A stretch of 64,000 nt of DNA, from contig CAVYES010000004.1 of the NCBI GenBank assembly GCA_963767735.1, positions 480,001-544,000 on the forward strand, in the 5' to 3' direction. The stretch is from Candidatus Bathyarchaeota archaeon. Its GTDB lineage: Archaea; Thermoproteota; Bathyarchaeia; Bathyarchaeales; Bathycorpusculaceae. Shown here piece after piece: positions 30,944-40,890 of the stretch (within the stretch, counting starts at the first letter, position 1; each line of letters begins with the position of its first letter). The notes under the pieces were generated by a model. The model saw only the letters and a program-made list of their open reading frames with translations. It made no database searches and was not told the DNA's origin. A program made the position numbers and the translations under genes.

Positions 30944-31303
30944 ATGTATCGTTTAAGAGTTGAATCGACCTTTGACGCAGCCCACAAACTCGTTGGCTTC
31001 GTTGGAAAATGCTCTAACCTTCATGGACACACTTGGAAAGCCGAAATCTTCGTCGTAGGAAATGAACTGGACAAAATTGGAATGCTCGTAGACTTTGGAT
31101 TGCTAAAAGAAAAACTGCGCGAAATAACAGATAAACTTGACCATAGCTTTCTCAACGACTTCGATGAAATAGGCAATCCCACATCCGAAAACATTGCAAA
31201 ATACATCTTCCAAAACCTCAAAGACCTGCCGAAAAACGTAGTCTTGGAAAAAGTCAGGGTCTGGGAGAGCTCCCAAAGCTGGAGCGAATACTTTGAAAAC
31301 TGA
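30944..31303 (+). CDS. queD: 6-carboxytetrahydropterin synthase
   Basis: FDAAH..CSNLHGHTW..DFG..LDHSFLN..NPTSENIA..VWES. Confidence 0.95.
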   Translation: MYRLRVESTFDAAHKLVGFVGKCSNLHGHTWKAEIFVVGNELDKIGMLVDFGLLKEKLREITDKLDHSFLNDFDEIGNPTSENIAKYIFQNLKDLPKNVVLEKVRVWESSQSWSEYFEN

Positions 31304-31313
31304 ACAAGTAAAG

Positions 31314-31421
31314 ATGAGAATAGGTTTGCTTAAAGGTGGCGCAGATTCCACTAAGCGCGTACAAGAATCAAGCATCGAAGAACCGCCTATTTTGAGGTTG
31401 AAAAAAGAGGGTAAAATGTGA
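31314..31421 (+). pseudogene. Internally deleted QueC-like (PP-loop) relic, 35 aa
   Basis: MRIGLLKGGADST resembles SGGxDST; QESSIEEP resembles the QueC C-terminal AGIEDP; its stop overlaps the queE GTG. Confidence 0.45.
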
Positions 31422-32056
31422 GAATCTCAGAGATTTTTTACTCCGTCGAAGGGGAAGGCATTGAGATTGGCAGAGTAGAAGTCTTTGTTAGGCTTTCGAA
31501 TTGCAACCTTAATTGCAAATGGTGCGACACAAAATATGCTGAGCAAGATGGCAGAGAAATGGAAATACAAGAGGTCCTTTCAGAAATTGAGAAGTACCCC
31601 TGCAAAAACATTTCCATAACTGGTGGAGAACCGCTCTGCCAAAGCAGTCAATTGCTTGACCTATTAAGCCAGCTAAAGAGTTTGGGTTATTGGGTGCAGA
31701 TTAATACAAACGGCACATTGTTCGACCGAAGGATTTTTGAATTAGTAGATTTGGTAAGCATGGACTGCAAGTGTCCATCTTCGGGCGAGGAAAGTAACAT
31801 GGCGGTTATAGAAAAAACCAGAGCGTTGTTTGATCATAAGACTCAACTTAAATTTGTGGTTTCAGACAAAACAGACTTAGATTACGCCAAACGCGTAATT
31901 AAAAAATTAAACCCGACCAACTCCATTATCCAACCCGAATGGACACACAGAAAATTTGCGAGTAAAATAGTGGATTCAGTTAAAAAAGACGGGTTGAACT
32001 CAAGAATCATAATTCAACAACACAAGGTAATATGGGGAAACAAAAAAGGAGTCTAG
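31418..32056 (+). CDS. queE: 7-carboxy-7-deazaguanine synthase (radical SAM)
   Basis: EIFYSVEGEG, CNLNCKWCDT, ITGGEP, QQHKVIW. Confidence 0.93.
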   Translation: MRISEIFYSVEGEGIEIGRVEVFVRLSNCNLNCKWCDTKYAEQDGREMEIQEVLSEIEKYPCKNISITGGEPLCQSSQLLDLLSQLKSLGYWVQINTNGTLFDRRIFELVDLVSMDCKCPSSGEESNMAVIEKTRALFDHKTQLKFVVSDKTDLDYAKRVIKKLNPTNSIIQPEWTHRKFASKIVDSVKKDGLNSRIIIQQHKVIWGNKKGV

Positions 32057-32065
32057 GTTGCTGAA

Positions 32066-32151
32066 ATGAGGTTCTTAGTCCCGAGGAGGGCGACTTTGAT
32101 GACCCAAATTGCGCATATTACCTTGCAACTGATTCTCGAATTATCAATTAA
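32066..32151 (+). pseudogene. Possible N-terminal relic of a DpdA/TGT-like transglycosylase
   Basis: With one C restored it reads MRFLVPEEGDFDDPNCAYYLATDS, recalling the DpdA-type start (F-x-P-E/D-W-D-D-x-V-D-P); similarity judged from memory only. Confidence 0.3.
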
Positions 32152-32257
32152 GGTAGATTGGGGATATGGTTTGGGGATTCAATTTTTGGCTTCATAGTTT
32201 TTATTATCCACGCCGTTGGGTTATAGTCTATGATTCAGAAAAGCTGGAGGAGCCGTT

Positions 32258-32716
32258 GTGCTATCTAATGTGTTAATTATTGACGATGATGAAGGAACAA
32301 GAAACTTGTTTTCTACAGTTTTGTCTGATGCTGGATATTTAGTTGAAGCCGTAGGAAAAGGTAAAGATGCCATTAAATTGTGTAAAGAAGGCCCATTTGA
32401 TATTGCCCTCATCGATATTGAGTTGCCTGACATTAAGGGAATTGAGCTCCTCAAAACATTACGAGAGCTTCAGCCCAAAATGGTTAATATAATAGTTACA
32501 GGTCATCCATCAATTGAAAATGCCGTGAAATCAGTGAACGAGAAGGCTGATGGGTACCTGTTGAAGCCTGTTAAAATCCCGGAAATGCTGGAAATGATAA
32601 AAAAAGTCTTGGCGGAGAAGGCAGACGAATATGTTAAGATGATTAAAATTGTGGAACAAGCTAAAGAATCAACTCCGTTCGTCAAGTATCAATACCCCGA
32701 CGGATGGCAAGGATAA
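32258..32716 (+). CDS. Response regulator (REC)
   Basis: LIIDDD, LIDIELPD, VTG, YLLKP. Confidence 0.92.
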   Translation: MLSNVLIIDDDEGTRNLFSTVLSDAGYLVEAVGKGKDAIKLCKEGPFDIALIDIELPDIKGIELLKTLRELQPKMVNIIVTGHPSIENAVKSVNEKADGYLLKPVKIPEMLEMIKKVLAEKADEYVKMIKIVEQAKESTPFVKYQYPDGWQG

Positions 32717-32803
32717 AAGCAGTATTTTACATTGATTGTGCTTTAGATAAAGAATCATTCTTCACTTTAGTTCTAATTCAATTTTAATGATTAAAAATAT
32801 TAT

Positions 32804-33253
32804 TTATTTTTTGAGATTAGCGTTTGCCATCCATTCATGTCTTAACTCAATATACTCAGCTACTTTTTTCTCGTCAAATTGTATTTTCTTTCGCTGTTCT
32901 TTCAATTTACTCTCTATTAGATTTGTTAGTTTTTTAGGGTCAAATGGTTTCACAACATAACCATCTATTCCTTTATTTGCCGCTTCAATAGAATTATTTA
33001 AGGTCGCATTCCCCGTTAGGATTATCTTTATCATGTCAGGCTCTGTTTTTCTAAGTTGACCTAGTAATTCTATTCCTTCCCCATCAGGTAGATGAATATC
33101 TATAAGAGCTAAATTGTAGAGTTGTTTAAAACTTTCATCAACAGCTTTCTTGCCGTTTCCAACGCATGTAACCGAGTATCCTTTATCGGTTAGGATTTCA
33201 GTCAACATTTCCTGCATTTTTTCGTCATCGTCAACCACTAAAATATTTTCCAA
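32804..33253 (-). CDS. Response regulator (REC)
   Basis: LVVDDD, LIDIHLPD, LTG, YVVKP. Confidence 0.92.
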   Translation of the reverse strand: MENILVVDDDEKMQEMLTEILTDKGYSVTCVGNGKKAVDESFKQLYNLALIDIHLPDGEGIELLGQLRKTEPDMIKIILTGNATLNNSIEAANKGIDGYVVKPFDPKKLTNLIESKLKEQRKKIQFDEKKVAEYIELRHEWMANANLKK

Positions 33254-33423
33254 TGCCGGACACCTTCAGGTTAAGTTTAGTTATGTGGCATCATTTTTAT
33301 TTCTTATTAATCACTAATCCATTTCAAGCATAATTATTTCTAAGCTTGAGTTTCAATCCGTAAGCCATTTTATAGATGAAATCGTAGGCTTAAATTGCAG
33401 GTTATTGCTAAATAGGCGAGATA

Positions 33424-35313
33424 ATGTTTGAAACCGCTTCAAGAGAGAGTAATGCTGCAGTAATTTCTAACAATCCTATCAGCATCTTGCATGTTGATGG
33501 CGATGACGCGTTTTTAAGCATGGCAAAACGATGCTTAGAAATGCAGGCAAATTTTGAAGTTGAATCAGCCCTGTCTGTTCAGGAAGCACTTGAAATTCTG
33601 AAAACTAGGAAATTTGATGTTATAGTTTCAGATTACCAGATGAATGGGAAAGATGGTTTAGAATTTTTGGAGGAGATAAAAGCCGCTGGAATTACGACAC
33701 CTTTCATTTTATTCTCAGGTAAAGGACGAGATGAGGTTGCCGTAAAAGCGCTGAATTCTGGCGCGTTCAGGTATATAGATAAACGCGGTGCCTTAGATGC
33801 AACATATGCTGAATTGGCATCCTGTATTCTTCAAGCAACACACTACAGTAGAGCTCAAGCGATGCTTAAGGACAGAGAAAGGCGATTTAGGGCAATTTTT
33901 GATTCTTCCATTGACGCGATCTTAGTTCTCAACGATAATGGGGAAATTGTTTACAATAATAAAGCAGCAAAAAACATGATGGATTACGCTAAGGATCAAA
34001 TTGCCAAGGCATTAAACCAGCATTTTAACAAACAATTCGCATCAACATATGAACAAAACATGAATGATGGCTTTAAGCAATTATCCGATGGCAACTTATT
34101 AATGACTGGAAAGACAGTTGAGCTCACCCTCAAGGACAATTTAGGCAAAACGACCGTAGTTGAACTTTCATTTTCTGCTTTCATTGAGAGTGGTCAATGG
34201 TTTGGGGTAAGCATAGTTCGAGATGTAAGTGAACGTAAAAGGCAAGAAAAACTATTAGAGAAAAGCCAACAGACACTGAAAGCGCTTTTTGCCTATAATC
34301 CAGAAGCGATTGTTTTCACGGATAAGAATTTCCGCGTGACTGATGTCAATCGTAGCTTTATTGATCTTTTTGGTTTTACCATTGAAAGTATCAAAGGCAA
34401 GAAACTTACGGATTTTATTGTTCCTGCTGAATTTAAAAAAGAGTCGAAAACTATCGAGAAGTTAATTGCGAAAGGGCAAGTAACCTTCAGTGCAAAACGG
34501 AAAAGGCGCGATGGCACTATTATCGATGTCAGTTTGTCTGGTGGACCATTAGTAGTGAAAGGCAAAATTGTCGGGTTTTTTATGTCATACTTGGATATTT
34601 CCAACTTAATTATAGTTCAGAACGTGTTAGCCAGTGCTCTTTCAAAAGCAGAACTGCTAAACGAAAAAATTACTGTTTTAGGCGGTTTTACAAGGCATGA
34701 TGTCAGAAACAAACTTGGTTTAATTCAGGGTAACCTGTATTTGGCAAGAAAAAAATGCAAAGCCGACTCTAACTTGGAAAAGTATCTTGGAAACATTGAT
34801 GCTTCCATTAAAAATATTTGTGATATTTTTGATTTTGCAAAAACTTACGAAATGATAGGTGTTGAAGAATTAGTTCCTGTGGATATAGGTCAAATGGTTC
34901 AAAATGCGCTTTATCTCTTCTCAGATCTTAAAGGTGTAAAAGTTCAAAACCACTGCATTGGATTTGAAGTGATTGCGGATTCTTTACTTACACAAGTTTT
35001 CTACAATCTTATTGACAACTCATTGAAATATGGCGAAAAAATAAGCACGATAAGCATATTCGCACAAAAACTAGGTGAAAACTCCGTTAAATTATGTTTT
35101 AGGGATGACGGTGTTGGCATAGATAAGAAATTTAAAGACCGCCTATTTGAGAGGGGCTTTGGAAAAGGCACAGGATTTGGGCTGTATTTGATACACAAGA
35201 TATGCGAGGTTTACAATTGGAAGGTAAAAGAGACTGGTCAGCTAGGTCAAGGCGCTCAATTTGAATTTATTATCCCCGTTGAAAAAGTTAAGAGGTTTGT
35301 GGAATCCAGATAA
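33424..35313 (+). CDS. Hybrid REC-PAS-PAS histidine kinase
   Basis: VSDYQM, two PAS domains, RHDVRNKL, NSLKYG, DDGVG, GTGFGL. Confidence 0.92.
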   Translation: MFETASRESNAAVISNNPISILHVDGDDAFLSMAKRCLEMQANFEVESALSVQEALEILKTRKFDVIVSDYQMNGKDGLEFLEEIKAAGITTPFILFSGKGRDEVAVKALNSGAFRYIDKRGALDATYAELASCILQATHYSRAQAMLKDRERRFRAIFDSSIDAILVLNDNGEIVYNNKAAKNMMDYAKDQIAKALNQHFNKQFASTYEQNMNDGFKQLSDGNLLMTGKTVELTLKDNLGKTTVVELSFSAFIESGQWFGVSIVRDVSERKRQEKLLEKSQQTLKALFAYNPEAIVFTDKNFRVTDVNRSFIDLFGFTIESIKGKKLTDFIVPAEFKKESKTIEKLIAKGQVTFSAKRKRRDGTIIDVSLSGGPLVVKGKIVGFFMSYLDISNLIIVQNVLASALSKAELLNEKITVLGGFTRHDVRNKLGLIQGNLYLARKKCKADSNLEKYLGNIDASIKNICDIFDFAKTYEMIGVEELVPVDIGQMVQNALYLFSDLKGVKVQNHCIGFEVIADSLLTQVFYNLIDNSLKYGEKISTISIFAQKLGENSVKLCFRDDGVGIDKKFKDRLFERGFGKGTGFGLYLIHKICEVYNWKVKETGQLGQGAQFEFIIPVEKVKRFVESR

Positions 35314-35544
35314 TCTTTGAGGTAGCGCATTTATTTTTGTAATTTTATGGTACTGGGCTGAATTTGGTGAGTCGAAAAATAACCCGCTAGACTTTTTGGA
35401 TCTGAATAGATTAATTTTTAATGTACATTTACTGCGGTTGGTTCTTGGGTAAGCGTTAGCTCCTGTTTTTCTTAGTTTTTCATAAAAAAACAAACGCTTT
35501 TTAATGCAAACGTTGGCTAATATCAAACGAAAAGGGTTCGATAG

Positions 35545-36111
35545 ATGAACGTTGATAGGGTAGTTGTTGGTTTGGCTGGGATGCCTGGATCAGGCAAATC
35601 TTTGGTCGTTGACGCAGCGCGCGAATTAGGATACGCCATAGTTGTTATGGGCGATGTTATTAGGGGGGAAACAGCAAAGCGAGGCTTGGAGTTAACTCCG
35701 CAGAACGTTGGAAAAGTCATGCTTCAACTGCGAGAAGAAGGCGGAAACACTGTTGTTGCTCAGAAATGCATTCCCAAAATTGAAGCACAAGCAAGCAGTA
35801 AAGTTCTTGTTGACGGTTTAAGGAGCCTCTATGAAGTCGATGCTTTTAAGGCGCATTTTGCCCGGTTTAGTCTTGTCGCCGTGCATACTTCTCCCGAAAC
35901 AAGGTTTAACCGCCTTTTCAGTCGTCGCCGAGGCGATGACCCAAGCGGCTGGGAGGTTTTTCACGACAGGGATATGCGTGAGCTTAGTGTTGGTTTGGGA
36001 AATGTGATTGCGATGGCTGAGCAGATGATAGTTAACGATAATAATGTTGAGAAGATTAAGCCTAAAGTTGTTGAGGCTTTGGGGAGGATTGAGGAAAAAT
36101 GGGTGAAGTAG
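35545..36111 (+). CDS. UPF0200 nucleoside-monophosphate-kinase-like (dephospho-CoA kinase-like) protein
   Basis: GMPGSGKS, MGDVIR, VDGLRS, RDMREL..GLG. Confidence 0.85.
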   Translation: MNVDRVVVGLAGMPGSGKSLVVDAARELGYAIVVMGDVIRGETAKRGLELTPQNVGKVMLQLREEGGNTVVAQKCIPKIEAQASSKVLVDGLRSLYEVDAFKAHFARFSLVAVHTSPETRFNRLFSRRRGDDPSGWEVFHDRDMRELSVGLGNVIAMAEQMIVNDNNVEKIKPKVVEALGRIEEKWVK

Positions 36112-36497
36112 TTGTTCGCGTTGAAGCTGAAATTAGCCCAACCGAAAGCGAAGATAAAGTGAAGACAGCTGTTACTAATGTTTTAGGCAACGCTTCTATA
36201 ACAATTAAGCCTTCAGGCAGATCAAATGCGTTAACGGCTGAAGCTACGGGGCGGGGTTCTCTTGTGAAACTGCGAAATATTCTTTGCAATGACAGGATTC
36301 GTGATGCATCCAGAAAAGCACTTTTTCGCAGTTTGAGAGGGAACACTATTAGTTTTTGTTTAAACAAGCAGGTAGCATTTGCAGGGCACATTTCCTTCTC
36401 AGAGGAAACAGCAGAATCACCCTTGGGACCTATGCGTGTAACGATTGAAACTGACGATCCAGGCCAGCTTATTGAGTGGCTTGCAGAAAAAACTTAG
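36099..36497 (+). CDS. DUF54/UPF0201 RNA-binding protein
   Basis: PTESEDKV, LNKQVAFAG, SPLGP. Confidence 0.85.
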   Translation: MGEVVVRVEAEISPTESEDKVKTAVTNVLGNASITIKPSGRSNALTAEATGRGSLVKLRNILCNDRIRDASRKALFRSLRGNTISFCLNKQVAFAGHISFSEETAESPLGPMRVTIETDDPGQLIEWLAEKT

Positions 36498-37531
36498 CCG
36501 AGAAGGATCAAAACTTGTCTGCGAGGGCTAAAATAACAAAAAACGGCGCAGTTCTGCTTGGCGACAGCGTTGCCTGCGACGCTTTTGACGAGTCAAGACC
36601 CCTGCGTATTGTAACTCATGCGCACGCAGACCATCTGGGCGGCTTACGAAGAAGTTTGAAGTGCTGTGAGAAAGTTTTGATGACCAAAGCCACAAGAGAT
36701 CTTGCGGAGACACTTGACTCAACGCTGAAACTTCGAGAGGCGGCAATCGAGACAATTGAATACGGCAAAACCATCAAGTATGGCGAAGAGCGGATTACGC
36801 TTGTTAAAGCAGACCATATCTTGGGTGCAGCGCAGGTGCTGGTTGAGGATGCTGGCGGAATACGGGTTGCTTACTCTGGCGACTTCAGAATTGATGACAC
36901 TCCCGTTGTTGAATGTGACGTCTTGGTTGTTGATGCAACTTATGGAAGCCCATCATGCAGGCGCTCTTTTGATGTGGATGTGCGTGAACTTTTAGTTACC
37001 ATGATTGAGAAACGTTTGCGCGGCGGCACCGTTTACGTTTTCGGGTATCACGGCAAACTGCAAGAAATCATGCAGCTTCTAAGAAATGCGGACGTCGCTG
37101 TGCCGTTTGTTATGCCCGAGCGGGTTTATCAGGTTACGAAAGTTTGCGAGCAACACGGTATGCGGCTAGGTTGCTTGTCGCTCTCTACAGATGGGGATGG
37201 GCAGGAGCTTTTGGGTGGGAACCTTCCATGCGTCGCTTTTTATCACATGAATTCTCGGGGATACGTGGGTTTGAATAATGCGCGTATCTGCGTTAGCGGT
37301 TGGGAATTCAATTCGCCTTGCAGGCAAATCGGCGACAGGGAATATTTAGTTGCTTTAAGTGACCACTCTGATTTCGACGGTGTAATCGAGTACGTTAAAC
37401 GTTCAAAGGCAAAAAAAGTTATCACAGACAACTATCGGAGTCAGGGCGCAGTTTTAGCCAAGGAAATTCATAAGCGCCTAGGCGTTTCCGCAGTAGCAAT
37501 GCCTAGAAACCAGGGGCAAACAACACTGTAG
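36476..37531 (+). CDS. Metallo-beta-lactamase/beta-CASP nuclease
   Basis: THAHADH, HILG, YSGDF, DATYG, LSDHSDF. Confidence 0.88.
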   Translation: MACRKNLAEKDQNLSARAKITKNGAVLLGDSVACDAFDESRPLRIVTHAHADHLGGLRRSLKCCEKVLMTKATRDLAETLDSTLKLREAAIETIEYGKTIKYGEERITLVKADHILGAAQVLVEDAGGIRVAYSGDFRIDDTPVVECDVLVVDATYGSPSCRRSFDVDVRELLVTMIEKRLRGGTVYVFGYHGKLQEIMQLLRNADVAVPFVMPERVYQVTKVCEQHGMRLGCLSLSTDGDGQELLGGNLPCVAFYHMNSRGYVGLNNARICVSGWEFNSPCRQIGDREYLVALSDHSDFDGVIEYVKRSKAKKVITDNYRSQGAVLAKEIHKRLGVSAVAMPRNQGQTTL

Positions 37532-37622
37532 CCATGATGTTGTATGCTGAGGATAAGTTAAAGCTTAAAAGCGAAAAATCAAATTACTCTCTCGACTTAC
37601 ACGTAAGTAAACGGGATTAAAA

Positions 37623-38894
37623 ATGACTAAAACCTCAGTAATCTCAGGCTTCTACAAGCTTACACCCAAGGAGCGTTTAGCAATCGTTAAAGATTTCGCG
37701 GGCTTAACCGACGAGGAAGTCCGCTTACTTGAAGACACAGGTTCGTTGCCTATTGACTTGGTTGATCACATGGTGGAAAATGTTATAGGCGTTTTTCCCG
37801 AGCCATTAGGCATCGCGGGTAACTTCCAAATTAACGGAAAAGACTATTTGATTCCGATGGCTACGGAGGAGCCAAGCGTGATTGCCGCCGCCAGCTACGC
37901 TGCTAAAATGGTTCGCGACGGCGGAGGGTTCCACACAAGCAGCACAGCCCCCGTCATGATTGGGCAAATTCAAGTTGTCGGCATCAAAGATGCTAAAGTG
38001 GCTCAAAAGCAGGTTTTAGATGCTAAAGCTGAGGTTCTAAAGAAGGCAAATGATCAAGACCCAGTTCTGAACTCTTTTGGCGGCGGAGCGAAAGACCTCA
38101 ACGCTAAAATCATCGACACCTCGATGGGTCAAATGTTGATTGTAGAATTGAACGTTGATTGTCGAGATGCCATGGGCGCAAACGCTGTTAACACGATGGC
38201 TGAGGCAGTAGCGCCGCTAATTGAGCAGCTCACAGGCGGCCACGTTTATTTGCGCATCATCTCCAACTTGGCCACTAAACGACTTGCAAAAGCATGGTGT
38301 ACCGTGCCCAAAGAATCGCTTGGCGGAGAAGCCGCCGTGGATGGCATCGCTTACGCCTCGGCTTTTGCAGAAGCTGACCCCTACCGCGCAGCAACACATA
38401 ACAAAGGCGCCATGAACGGCGTAATAGCCGTGGTTCTCGCAACTGGAAATGATCACCGCGCCATCGAAGCCGGAGCGCATGCCTACGCCGCCCTAAAAGG
38501 ACCATACACCAGCATATCAAAATGGACTAAAAACAAAAACGGCGACTTAGAAGGCACAATCGAGCTCCCGATGGCAGTAGGCTTAATCGGAGGAGCAGTA
38601 AAAACCCACCCCATCGCAAGGATCGCAATGAAAATCCTCAACGCCAAATCAGCAAATGAGTTCGCAGAAGTCTTAGCCGCTGTCGGCTTAGCCCAAAACC
38701 TTGGTGCCCTTCGAGCGTTGGCGAATGAGGGAATTCAGCGTGGCCATATGTCTTTGCATGCAAGAAACATCGCCATCACCGCAGGTGCAAAAGAAGAGCT
38801 GGTAGATAAAGTTGCGGCGCAGATGGTTAAAGAGCGAAAAGTTCGAGTCGACCGGGCCAAAGAAATAATAGAAGAACTAACCAAAAAACAATAG
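37623..38894 (+). CDS. mvaA: Hydroxymethylglutaryl-CoA reductase, class II
   Basis: ENVIG, PMATEEPSVIAA, DAMGAN, ATHNKG, GIQRGHM. Confidence 0.95.
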   Translation: MTKTSVISGFYKLTPKERLAIVKDFAGLTDEEVRLLEDTGSLPIDLVDHMVENVIGVFPEPLGIAGNFQINGKDYLIPMATEEPSVIAAASYAAKMVRDGGGFHTSSTAPVMIGQIQVVGIKDAKVAQKQVLDAKAEVLKKANDQDPVLNSFGGGAKDLNAKIIDTSMGQMLIVELNVDCRDAMGANAVNTMAEAVAPLIEQLTGGHVYLRIISNLATKRLAKAWCTVPKESLGGEAAVDGIAYASAFAEADPYRAATHNKGAMNGVIAVVLATGNDHRAIEAGAHAYAALKGPYTSISKWTKNKNGDLEGTIELPMAVGLIGGAVKTHPIARIAMKILNAKSANEFAEVLAAVGLAQNLGALRALANEGIQRGHMSLHARNIAITAGAKEELVDKVAAQMVKERKVRVDRAKEIIEELTKKQ

Positions 38895-39334
38895 TTTGGG
38901 CAAATAGCCCATTTCTTAAATAAAAGGTGAAAAGGCTAAGTACCCCGCTACCTTCGCTTCTTAAACAGCAGCTTGATGTCCGCCATTCCGATGAAGAAAA
39001 CGGAAACTAACATCTAAAACTATTAGAGGCGAGCCTTCCTCTTTCTTCTCGAGGATAAGTTAGAAAACCCGCTTTTCCCGTAAATAGTCGGTGGTATATT
39101 TGGTTCATCTAGAAAACCGGAGGTTAGGCTTGTGAGCACACACAAATTTTCATAGCTAATGCACCTGGAAAAAATACTGTGTTGGCTTGTCCATAGCCAG
39201 TTTCGTTGTGATGTAACTCCGATAATCTAAGAGGCGTTCTAGTTGAAAATGGCTGATTTGGCGTCTTGTGGATAGAAAAGAAAGAAAACCAAATATTGCA
39301 AGAGACATTATTACATCAGATAGGAACTTTAAGA

Positions 39335-39628
39335 ATGGACACTCTTGAAGAGCTCAAATCTAAGCTGGAAGCTATTAAACCTGAGCTTAACGCATGTTAC
39401 AAAGTGGAAACTATCGGCATATTCGGTTCGTATTCTCGAGGAGAACAAACAGAAAAAAGCGACTTGGATCTTTTAGTCACATTTTCAGGTCCAATAGGTG
39501 TTTATCGGTTCATTGAGGTTGAGGAGTTCATAAAGAAAAGGTTAGGCGTGAAAGTAGATTTGGTTCAGAAAGGCGCGCTCCTTCCCATTATAAAAGAGCA
39601 AATACTAAATGAGACAGTGCAAGTATGA
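39335..39628 (+). CDS. MNT minimal nucleotidyltransferase antitoxin (MntA-like)
   Basis: IFGSYSRGEQTEKSDLDLLV..KVDLV. Confidence 0.9.
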   Translation: MDTLEELKSKLEAIKPELNACYKVETIGIFGSYSRGEQTEKSDLDLLVTFSGPIGVYRFIEVEEFIKKRLGVKVDLVQKGALLPIIKEQILNETVQV

Positions 39629-39968
39629 AAAAGGACTTTCGAATCTACATCAACCAGATTCTGGAAGCTATCAGCGAAATTGAGGAATTCACAAAAGACT
39701 TAACTTATGAAGACTTTTTGAAAAATAAAATGGCGATAAAAGCCTTATCTATGAATCTGATTCTCATAGGAGAAAACGTAAACAGGTACCTGTAGAAATT
39801 AAGCAAGAATATCGACAGGTCCCATGGACAAGAATGAAGTCTGCACGTAATTTCGTCGCACATGAATATCCCAAAATAGAATTCAAAGAAATGTGGGATA
39901 CCGCAAATTTTGAATTACCACCAATCAAAGAAACGCTACAAAAGATATTGGCTGAGGAATTGAATTAA
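39625..39968 (+). CDS. HEPN/DUF86 RNase toxin (HepT-like), one frameshift near 39787
   Basis: IGENV..VPW..RNFVAHEY (RX4H); ATGA overlap with MNT. Not in the ORF track. Confidence 0.85.
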
Positions 39969-40224
39969 ATCTCACAAAAACTATTTTCCCAAAAAATTAA
40001 CTTAAAAATCCTTCATTCCTCCAGGGCTCTACTAATTACTAAAAACTTCACAATAGAAAAAGCACTGTTCTGCTTAGAAAGTGCGGAACGTTTCGTTTAT
40101 GCTGAAGTATGTTGAATTATGTTAGGCGTCTATTTGGATCATCTAGTGAACTGGGGGTAGACTGTAGCTCACACGCAAAGTCCTAAAAAACAAAAGATTA
40201 GTACCTATATTGACTTGCGATCTT

Positions 40225-40466
40225 CTATTTAGATTGGCCCTCTGGGAAATCAATCAAAACTTTTGTTTGAGGAATCGAAGTCTGAAGGGTCTTTTTCCCG
40301 ACTAAATCAGCTGGTAAAACAATGCTTTTTTCGCCCGCTTTTATGGTGATTTTTTTGTAGTTCACATAGTCTTGGAATTCTTCGAGGGCTTCTATAATCC
40401 AGTAACCTTCACTTTTAGTTAAACTTTAACCTTGTAGAGTCCTTTGTAGTAGCATAATTTGCTCAT
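40225..40466 (-). pseudogene. Tandem paralog of 40565-40837 (one frameshift)
   Basis: MSKLCYYKGLYKVKV/LTKSEGYWIIEALEEFQD; duplicated upstream AAAGTAAATAAATACTC. Confidence 0.75.
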
Positions 40467-40564
40467 AAAAATCTACTATTAATATTGACATCAAAGTAAA
40501 TAAATACTCGCCTGCATGCAGGATGCAATGGGACAACTCTTTCTTAAAAATAAATTTGAATGCT

Positions 40565-40837
40565 CTATTTTTTTTCAGCTTCATCTTCTGCGATCATTCG
40601 TTTAAGCTTCTTCTCCATGTTAAGTTCATATTCGTGCTCTTTAACCATCGGCGGCAAGGTTTTTTGCTTAAACAAAGTGTCCGGCTCTACAATCCGCTGT
40701 TCGCCTTTTTTAACGGTAATTCCCGCGCCTTCAGAGCAATCCTCAAAATTCTCCAATGCCTCAACAATCCAGTAGCCTTCACTTTTAGTTAAAACCTTAA
40801 CCTTGTATAATCCCTTATAGTAGCTAAATTCACTCAC
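40565..40837 (-). CDS. Small hypothetical beta-rich protein
   Basis: YYKGLYKVKVLTKSEGYWIVEALE, conserved in the adjacent paralog. Confidence 0.75.
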   Translation of the reverse strand: MSEFSYYKGLYKVKVLTKSEGYWIVEALENFEDCSEGAGITVKKGEQRIVEPDTLFKQKTLPPMVKEHEYELNMEKKLKRMIAEDEAEKK

Positions 40838-40890
40838 AAAATCACCAATAGTATTTACTTTTGAAAGTAAATAAATACTCTCTTAGAATG

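Noticed and set aside
32066-32095. GAGGTTCTTAG resembling the start of the B. subtilis preQ1-I aptamer
   Set aside because: No complementary CCTC strand or A-rich tail follows, and it lies downstream of the operon.
37623-38894. Bacterial-type class II HMG-CoA reductase in an archaeon
   Set aside because: Already known in several archaeal lineages, for example Archaeoglobus.
38925-39240. Possible C/D-like boxes, or a relic surface-protein tail on the minus strand
   Set aside because: Boxes are degenerate with short guides and the frames are broken; neither reading is supportable.
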